From a virus (Duplodnaviria; Caudoviricetes), in the IMG/VR virus record IMGVR_UViG_3300032135_000003, positions 32,001 to 96,000 of that record: a stretch of DNA of 64,000 nucleotides; one strand, given 5' to 3'. The notes beneath the pieces were generated by a model, which saw only the letters and a program-made list of their open reading frames with translations, was not told where the DNA came from and searched no databases. Position 1 is the first letter of the stretch; the number at the start of each line of letters is the position of its first letter. Positions 8,316 through 14,525 of this stretch are shown here, piece after piece. The position numbers and the translations under genes were made by a program.

Positions 8316-8348
8316 ATTAAAAGTAAACAAATCTGTTTACTAAATTAG

Positions 8349-8419
8349 CACTCCCCTAGAGACATGAACTCTAACTATACAGTTTTGGAGACCGATAGGC
8401 ACAACCTACGCTGAGGAGC
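8349..8419 (-). tRNA. tRNA-Trp(CCA)
   Basis: Anticodon loop CT-CCA-AA and acceptor GCTCCTC/GGGGAGT. The D arm and T loop (TTCATGT) are atypical. Confidence 0.75.
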
Positions 8420-8425
8420 AATTTG

Positions 8426-8497
8426 AGGGCAAGGAGGGAGTCGAACCCTCATAAACCAAATTAACAGTTTGGAGCTTTACCATTAAGCTACCTGCCC
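8426..8497 (-). tRNA. tRNA-Asn(GTT)
   Basis: Anticodon arm CCAAA-CTGTTAA-TTTGG and T arm GAGGG-TTCGACT-CCCTC. Confidence 0.92.
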
Positions 8498-8511
8498 ATA
8501 TATAAAAATTG

Positions 8512-8597
8512 TAGAAGAAAAGGGATTCGAACCCTTGGAGGCTACTAACCCCACACCCTTAGCAGGGGTGCACAATAAACCACTCTGTCACTCTTCT
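8512..8597 (-). tRNA. tRNA-Ser(GCT)
   Basis: Anticodon arm CACCC-CTGCTAA-GGGTG, long variable arm, T loop TTCGAAT. Confidence 0.92.
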
Positions 8598-8602
8598 AGT
8601 TG

Positions 8603-8692
8603 CGGAAGAAGTGAGACTCGAACTCACACGAGACACAATGCTCCTACAGTTTTCAAGACTGCTGCCCTTAGACCAACTTGGCTTATCCTTCC
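8603..8692 (-). tRNA. tRNA-Ser(TGA)
   Basis: Anticodon arm GCAGT-CTTGAAA-ACTGT, long variable arm, T loop TTCGAGT. Confidence 0.92.
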
Positions 8693-8703
8693 ATTAATAT
8701 TTG

Positions 8704-8788
8704 TGGGATAAGGAGGACTCGAACCTCCATTCCATAGCGGATTACCAGATTTACAGTCTAGCGCCTCTTCCAGCCGAGCAACCACCCC
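8704..8788 (-). tRNA. tRNA-Tyr(GTA)
   Basis: Anticodon arm CTAGA-CTGTAAA-TCTGG, long variable arm, T arm GGAGG-TTCGAGT-CCTCC. Confidence 0.92.
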
Positions 8789-8820
8789 AAATAAAAAAGC
8801 CCCACATTTCTGTGAGGCTT
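8789..8820 (-). terminator. Intrinsic terminator (attenuator) directly upstream of the first tRNA
   Basis: Minus strand AAGCCTCACA-GAAA-TGTGGGGCTT followed by TTTTATTT. Confidence 0.85.
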
Positions 8821-8843
8821 ATTGCTTTTATATATTCAGGGTT

Positions 8844-8927
8844 TTACCCCATCGTCATATCGCATACAGCCTCACCCGATCTATTAGACCAGAAACTAAA
8901 ACAGCTATTATACGAATTATTTTTCAT
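8844..8927 (-). CDS. Putative leader peptide of the tRNA array (27 aa, not in ORF track)
   Basis: MKNNSYNSCFSFWSNRSGEAVCDMTMG*, with A-rich start context AAAATAAATAAA-ATG. Codons 3-15 are all cognate to the downstream tRNAs. It contains GTGAGGCT, complementary to the terminator 5' arm. Confidence 0.85.
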   Translation of the reverse strand: MKNNSYNSCFSFWSNRSGEAVCDMTMG

Positions 8928-8991
8928 TTTATTTATTTTAAAGTCCACCACCAATGCTAATGAATAGCAGGAGACTGTTGTATTAAAGGTG

Positions 8992-9023
8992 CAATGATAC
9001 AACAAGTATTTCAATTACACAAG
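8992..9023 (-). promoter_or_regulatory. Promoter of the leader-tRNA operon
   Basis: Minus strand CTTG-N20-TATCATTG, with one mismatch per box to the Bacteroidota consensus. Confidence 0.6.
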
Positions 9024-9090
9024 TTAATGAGCTAAAAATTTATAATTTCAAAAGTTTACCACTTTTTATATTTAGTGGCAATTATTGGAT

Positions 9091-9117
9091 AAAAATAACC
9101 CCCTAACTAAAGGGGGT
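9091..9117 (-). terminator. Intrinsic terminator after 9158..9421
   Basis: Stem ACCCCCT/AGGGGGT followed by TATTTTT on the minus strand. Confidence 0.7.
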
Positions 9118-9157
9118 CTAATAATCAATTTAACAATCAAACTAACAGGCAATATTT

Positions 9158-9421
9158 TTAATAGTTCTCTGAAACTATATCTTCTTGGTCTGGCTTATAA
9201 CGAAAAGAGTTTAATAAAAAGGATTCTAACGTTCTAGCTGCTACTTGAATGGAAAGAGCTCCATTGGTTTTTTGGTGCATGCGAAAAAGGTCGAAGGTTA
9301 CTTCGGATATAAATTCACTGTTTTTTTCTATATAAGAATTTGAAATTAAGTTCTCACTAATATAGTCATCCCATATTAGCTCTTTAAATTCTTCTAATCT
9401 GTGGTAAATTTCATTTTGCAT
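9158..9421 (-). CDS. Hypothetical protein
   Basis: 87-aa ORF with its own promoter and terminator. Confidence 0.75.
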   Translation of the reverse strand: MQNEIYHRLEEFKELIWDDYISENLISNSYIEKNSEFISEVTFDLFRMHQKTNGALSIQVAARTLESFLLNSFRYKPDQEDIVSENY

Positions 9422-9442
9422 CTTAACTTGGTTTTAACACTG

Positions 9443-9473
9443 CAAATATACCACCTTAGTCTTGAATTTCAAA
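9443..9473 (-). promoter_or_regulatory. Bacteroidota sigma-A promoter (leftward)
   Basis: Minus strand TTTG-N19-TATATTTG. Confidence 0.75.
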
Positions 9474-9540
9474 AAGTCTGAATTAGAAATTTATATTGAA
9501 AATAAGTGCCTAAAAATTAGGATTATAATAAAAGAAGTTG

Positions 9541-9600
9541 TATCTATGCAAAATAATCCTAATTAACAAACTTTTAACACACTTTAACAAGACTTTAACA
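9541..9600 (+). promoter_or_regulatory. Rightward promoter-like box followed by four phased TTAACA repeats
   Basis: TATCTATG at 9541, and TTAACA at 9563, 9574, 9584 and 9595 (spacing 11, 10, 11). Confidence 0.55.
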
Positions 9601-9602
9601 TT

Positions 9603-9968
9603 ATGGCGAACGAAATATATTTTAATCCGTTGAAGTATAAGAATGAAATGCAGTTGTTAGAATACATTATTAGGATATACTCTGTAGTAATGTTAAATGA
9701 CAATTTGGAAAATCACGAAGAAAAGGTACTGATGTTTTATTTCAAGTATGGATATTCCCCAGATACCAAAGAGAAGATTAAAAAAGCTTTAGATATCTCA
9801 GCCCACTATTTAAATACTATTAATTACCACTTAGATAAGAAAGGATATTTGAGAAAAGATGACAGAAACAAACAGAAGAAACATTTGTCTGATGGGCTAT
9901 TAAAACTGAAAGAAGCTTTTGTAGACAAAGGTATCAAAACGTATGTTATTAAAGCGGTTAGAGATTGA
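9603..9968 (+). CDS. Putative winged-helix DNA-binding regulator
   Basis: IKKALDISAHYLNTINYHLDKKGYL fits a wHTH recognition helix. It is the first gene of the rightward arm. Confidence 0.6.
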   Translation: MANEIYFNPLKYKNEMQLLEYIIRIYSVVMLNDNLENHEEKVLMFYFKYGYSPDTKEKIKKALDISAHYLNTINYHLDKKGYLRKDDRNKQKKHLSDGLLKLKEAFVDKGIKTYVIKAVRD

Positions 9969-10414
9969 GAACAGAAACAAATATAAGCTTCATAGAAGAT
10001 GTTGCAAAAGAGGTTGCCAAAGAGTTTGAGGGGATCACAGAAGAAGATGTAATGCAAGTCTATATAAACACTGTAAGGTGGATAAAACATTTAATGGTAC
10101 AAGACAATGTATTTTCAATAATAATCCCTTACATAGGAATTATGCACATAAATAAAGGGTTTTTAAAGCGTGTAATACAACAACAGGAAGCAGCCTTATC
10201 AAGAGGACAGGACGTAGACAGGGATAAATATGATAGGAGCAAAAAGAAGTTAGCTACTATTGTGGACTTTCAAAAGAAAAGAAAAGAGTCTACAGCAAAA
10301 GGAGGCACAACACATAATAAGAAAAGTATACTGGGAATGCTTTATACAAAGACTAAGATAAATTTAGAGGGTATAGAAAAAATTCAAAAAGATTATACAA
10401 ATGGCAAGCATTAA
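9965..10414 (+). CDS. HU/IHF-like DNA-binding protein (tentative)
   Basis: Two N-terminal helices followed by SIIIPYIGIMHI, resembling the HU fold, then a basic tail. TTG start overlapping the upstream stop. Confidence 0.5.
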   Translation: MRTETNISFIEDVAKEVAKEFEGITEEDVMQVYINTVRWIKHLMVQDNVFSIIIPYIGIMHINKGFLKRVIQQQEAALSRGQDVDRDKYDRSKKKLATIVDFQKKRKESTAKGGTTHNKKSILGMLYTKTKINLEGIEKIQKDYTNGKH

Positions 10415-11045
10415 AAAAATAATAGAAGCAAACTTATCAGACAAATCTAAATTAGGTAAGTGGTACACAGATAGATTAGAAATTTGTAAAAAATGTAATT
10501 TACATTCATCTAACTTCAAACCTGAGACTATCCCAGAAAAAATAAATTTTGCTAAGGGACTCAGCCTTAATTTAGGGAGAGAATTCTGTACAGTCTGCCT
10601 CTGTAATACCGAAGCAAAAGCCTCTATGCCAGAGCTATCTTGCCCAACACAACCTCCAAAATGGGACGCAATAGAAACCGTTAAAACTTCTGAAATACTA
10701 GATTATGAGATAGAGAATTTATCTACAAATAAAATAATGGTAAGCCATGAAAAAGGAGAATTTATATTACAGTATGGAACAATAGGATATAAAGCAGACA
10801 CAGTAATAAATATACTTATAAAACCTAAAGACAATCAAGAGTTTGTAAACCTAAAGGTGAGCTCTGAATGTGGCTGTACCACTCCTATTATTTCCCGCAT
10901 AAAAAACAATATCAATGTAAGGATATCTTATGATTCAAAACGGGTAGGAGAATTTAACAAACTTGTAACATTAGATTATAGTTTGAATAACAAAACAAAT
11001 AAAGTAAGATTAAGAATTAAAGGAAAAGTTAAACCAACAAGATAA
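10401..11045 (+). CDS. Cys-rich Zn-finger fused to a DUF1573-like Ig domain
   Basis: RLEICKKC...FCTVCLC...AK...CP...KW, followed by VSSECGCTTP...ISYDSKRVGEFNKLVT...LRIKGKV. Confidence 0.7.
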   Translation: MASIKKIIEANLSDKSKLGKWYTDRLEICKKCNLHSSNFKPETIPEKINFAKGLSLNLGREFCTVCLCNTEAKASMPELSCPTQPPKWDAIETVKTSEILDYEIENLSTNKIMVSHEKGEFILQYGTIGYKADTVINILIKPKDNQEFVNLKVSSECGCTTPIISRIKNNINVRISYDSKRVGEFNKLVTLDYSLNNKTNKVRLRIKGKVKPTR

Positions 11046-11049
11046 CCAA

Positions 11050-11256
11050 ATGAATTATAAATCAATTGCTCTACAAGAGCTTGTAAATTACGCCAATTCC
11101 TACCCTGAATACACACTCTCAGAAATTTTATACAGTTTTCTAAGAGAAAAAGTATCTGGAATAAAAGAAACCAAAGATATCCATAAACTTACTGATGAGG
11201 ATATCTACAGTATTATAGAACAAGTAAGAGATCAAGAAACCGCAGAATTAACATAA
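11050..11256 (+). CDS. Hypothetical protein
   Basis: 68-aa ORF in the operon. Confidence 0.75.
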   Translation: MNYKSIALQELVNYANSYPEYTLSEILYSFLREKVSGIKETKDIHKLTDEDIYSIIEQVRDQETAELT

Positions 11257-11262
11257 GACACT

Positions 11263-11712
11263 ATGAAAGACAGTTTATTAATTGCAAAGCTTAAATCTCT
11301 TTTTAAAGAACACACTGCATACACAGAGTACTTTGAAGAGTTTATGATAGAATTAGAGGAAAAGAAAAAAGACCTTGCTTCAAAAGTGGGGGATAAAAAC
11401 TTTGGGCAGATTGTAGAAGACATGGCCTTGGAGTTTTATGTATTAAAATTCAATTATCAAACAGATATAGATATCCTTGTTGATAAGATGATAACCTATG
11501 TAAATGCCGCCAAATTAGAATCCTTAGAAGACTTTATTCCAGAGGATGTAATTAACCTTTTAAAGAAAAATACAGACAAAGCTATACAGCCAAGATTCTT
11601 TATGCTAAAAGGAAAGCCTACAGAGGTTCAAGAAGGGTATGTAGAAGCTCTTAGAGAGAGTTTAAAGGAACAGGGTAACTTACCTAAACTAATAGAGAAT
11701 TTAAAGAAGTAG
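11263..11712 (+). CDS. Hypothetical protein
   Basis: 149-aa helical ORF directly before the terminase. Confidence 0.8.
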   Translation: MKDSLLIAKLKSLFKEHTAYTEYFEEFMIELEEKKKDLASKVGDKNFGQIVEDMALEFYVLKFNYQTDIDILVDKMITYVNAAKLESLEDFIPEDVINLLKKNTDKAIQPRFFMLKGKPTEVQEGYVEALRESLKEQGNLPKLIENLKK

Positions 11713-11713
11713 A

Positions 11714-14440
11714 ATGTCTGTATACGTAGATAGGTTTATCAAGCAACACAAAGAGTATTTTAGGAGAAATCAGTCATTCATAGAAAATAATTCTTGGGAT
11801 GATTCAACTGAGTATTCAGATAGGTTGGAAGACTTAACTAATCAACTTGTACAAATTTCCGAAATAAAAACTAAAAAAGCAAGAGATAAAAAACAGGGGG
11901 AGTTAAAGAAAGAAATCACAAGTTTAGGAGACTCCCACCAAAAGAATAAAAAAGAACTGTTCACTCAAGAAAGTACATTGACATCTTCTATTTTAGGGAG
12001 ACTTTCGGCTTTTATAAAAGAGACGGAGAAAACTAATGATAGACAATTAAATAAAGTACAAAAATTTGTAGACTTCACTGTAGATATAATCAATCTGCAT
12101 ATTGAAAAATGTAATACTTATTTAAACTATAACTTAGATTTAGTTGAAGGAGATAATGATGAAGATTATGAAATAGAATATAGAGGTAAGGAAATAACTT
12201 TTCAAGATGATATATTTAAAAAGAAAATAGGAATAGAGGACACCCTAAACTCTTTAAATATAACAAACAGTATTGAAAACTTACAGATAGAATTCTTTAG
12301 GGATCAAAAGGCATCTATACCAATGATGGAAGTTTTGATAGAAAGGTTTCCAGATATAAAAGAGCTTACAGATAAATTAGAGATACCTACTGAGATAATC
12401 GACAAAGAATTTTTCATTTATAAAAACCCTAAAAAAATTCCTAGGTGGAATGAAGGAAAACATTACTGGGAACAAGACAAGGAAGTTTTTAAATTTTGGT
12501 ACAATGAATGGCTTAAGATAAGGTATGGATTTGAGGTAGATGGGTATTTCTTTCATCCATGGCTGTACTTCCACTTAAATTTTTTCAAAACCCCCATGCC
12601 TAGTAAGGGGGGAGGAGATAAAATAGGGAACCCGTTATTAAGAGACAATGAGTGGTATATAGCAGAAGCATTAAAATCAGTTACAAAAGAGGACGGGTAT
12701 TATACTAAAGCAGGGGTCATGCTTTATGGATCGAGAAGAATTGCAAAATCTACCTCGATGGCTTCAATATGTGAATGGAAAGCTACCATAGTAGCAAACG
12801 TCTCTACTGCAATCACTTCGGGATCAGAAGGTGACTTAGGAGAACTGACGCATAAGATCAGAACTTCTATGAATTATCAGCAACCCGCTTTCAAATTAAA
12901 TACACAAAAACAAGAGTGGTCAGGAGGTATTGTGGAACTAGGGTTAAAAGCTGATTCCCAAACACCAATAGAGCACTCTAGGCATACCATAAAAAATCTT
13001 GTTTCGGGGGCTAAAAAAGCTACACAGAAGACAGCAGGGGGAGCCCCAAGTGTTTACTTAATTGAAGAGATAGGAAAGTTCAATTGGGAGAAATCTTACT
13101 TAGCTGCACTACCCTCTTTTCAATCAGATTTTGGTCTTAAAACCACCATCATTGCTGTTGGAACTGGCGGGGAGTCTAGTTTATCAAACGATGCTATGAA
13201 GGCTTTATCCAACCCCTCTACCTTAAAATTTCAAGAAATGGATTGGGACATGTTAGAAAGCAAAATCCCAAAAGCTGCTATAACTTGGAAAAGAAGAAAA
13301 TTTGCACATTTTGTTCCTGGTCAGATGGGAATGAAAGATGGTTTTAAAAGAATAGAAAAAGGTTTTGGAGATTTTTTAGGCATTGATTCTAAAGAGTTAA
13401 ATAAAATTAGAATATTTCAAACAGATTGGATAAATAATACTGGGGTACTTTTAGCAGATAGAAAACTGGTTAGAAATGATAACTTAAAGTTACAACAAGA
13501 GAAAGTACAATATCCAATTGACCCTGAGGAGTGTTTCTTATCCGCTGAAGAAAACCCATTCCCTTCAATGGTTGCAAAAAAACATAGCGACCATTTAATT
13601 TCTATAGGAGAAGTGGGTAAGCCAGTAGACCTCTATAGAGATAACGATGGTAAGGTATGTTTTGAAAATAGTCACAAAGAGTATCCAATATTTCCTTTTC
13701 CAGGGGGACACCATGATTCGCCTGTGACTTTATATGAGTTACCCCCTGAATTTCCTGATGTTAACAATAATTTATATATCGCAGGTTATGACGGGTATAA
13801 GCATGAGCAGTCTGACGGGGACTCTTTAGGCTCTATTGTTATTTATAAAAGGATATTTACAATGGGTGAGTGGGACGATAGAATAGTTGCTTCGTTACAC
13901 ACTCGTCCAGACCCCCATAGTGATTTTCATAAAACTTGTTTAATGCTTTTAGAGTTATATGGTGCTAAATGCTTTCCTGAAAATGAAGACATGGATTTCA
14001 AAGTATATTTAGATAAGAAGTTTTTAACTGATAAATACTTAGTAAAAGGTTTCAATTTATTAGCAGATTTTGATTTAAATACAAATGGTAATAGGGAGTT
14101 TGGATGGCAACCAACTGCTAAGAATAAAAGAGCTTTATTAGGGCAAGCTATCAGGTACACTAAAGAAGAAACAGATACAAGAAATGAAGAGGGGGAAATA
14201 ATAAAAACAACTCTAGGTATACAAAGAATACCAGATTTGAAGATATTAGAGGAGATGATAAATTATAAAGAAGGTGGAAATTTTGATGGGATAACATCTT
14301 TTATGTCTGCACTAGCTTATGCTCACTGGTTAGATCAAAACTATATTTCTCCCGATGTGAGGAAAAAACAAGAAGAGTATATAAAGCCAAGAACTACAGC
14401 GTCAAGACCTTTTGGAGGCAAGAGATATAAACCCTTCTAA
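11714..14440 (+). CDS. terL: Terminase large subunit with a long N-terminal helical extension
   Basis: Walker A-like GSRRIAKST, Walker B VYLIEEIG, VGTGG, QYP..PEECF, and nuclease motifs YIAGYDGY and NFDGI. It lies before the portal gene. Confidence 0.88.
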   Translation: MSVYVDRFIKQHKEYFRRNQSFIENNSWDDSTEYSDRLEDLTNQLVQISEIKTKKARDKKQGELKKEITSLGDSHQKNKKELFTQESTLTSSILGRLSAFIKETEKTNDRQLNKVQKFVDFTVDIINLHIEKCNTYLNYNLDLVEGDNDEDYEIEYRGKEITFQDDIFKKKIGIEDTLNSLNITNSIENLQIEFFRDQKASIPMMEVLIERFPDIKELTDKLEIPTEIIDKEFFIYKNPKKIPRWNEGKHYWEQDKEVFKFWYNEWLKIRYGFEVDGYFFHPWLYFHLNFFKTPMPSKGGGDKIGNPLLRDNEWYIAEALKSVTKEDGYYTKAGVMLYGSRRIAKSTSMASICEWKATIVANVSTAITSGSEGDLGELTHKIRTSMNYQQPAFKLNTQKQEWSGGIVELGLKADSQTPIEHSRHTIKNLVSGAKKATQKTAGGAPSVYLIEEIGKFNWEKSYLAALPSFQSDFGLKTTIIAVGTGGESSLSNDAMKALSNPSTLKFQEMDWDMLESKIPKAAITWKRRKFAHFVPGQMGMKDGFKRIEKGFGDFLGIDSKELNKIRIFQTDWINNTGVLLADRKLVRNDNLKLQQEKVQYPIDPEECFLSAEENPFPSMVAKKHSDHLISIGEVGKPVDLYRDNDGKVCFENSHKEYPIFPFPGGHHDSPVTLYELPPEFPDVNNNLYIAGYDGYKHEQSDGDSLGSIVIYKRIFTMGEWDDRIVASLHTRPDPHSDFHKTCLMLLELYGAKCFPENEDMDFKVYLDKKFLTDKYLVKGFNLLADFDLNTNGNREFGWQPTAKNKRALLGQAIRYTKEETDTRNEEGEIIKTTLGIQRIPDLKILEEMINYKEGGNFDGITSFMSALAYAHWLDQNYISPDVRKKQEEYIKPRTTASRPFGGKRYKPF

Positions 14441-14450
14441 ATCAACAGTA

Positions 14451-14493
14451 AATTAATGTATTTTCTATTTAACATTCTTTTAACTATTTTTGC
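14451..14493 (+). promoter_or_regulatory. Putative late promoter before the portal gene
   Basis: TAATGTATTT-N21-TATTTTTG, an arrangement repeated at 34380 and 46981. Confidence 0.6.
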
Positions 14494-14525
14494 AAGATAT
14501 TTTATTTTTAATATAAACTACCTTC

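Noticed and set aside
8701-8967. 88-aa plus-strand ORF in the track
   Set aside because: It is antisense to tRNA-Tyr, the terminator and the leader ORF, which explain the sequence better.
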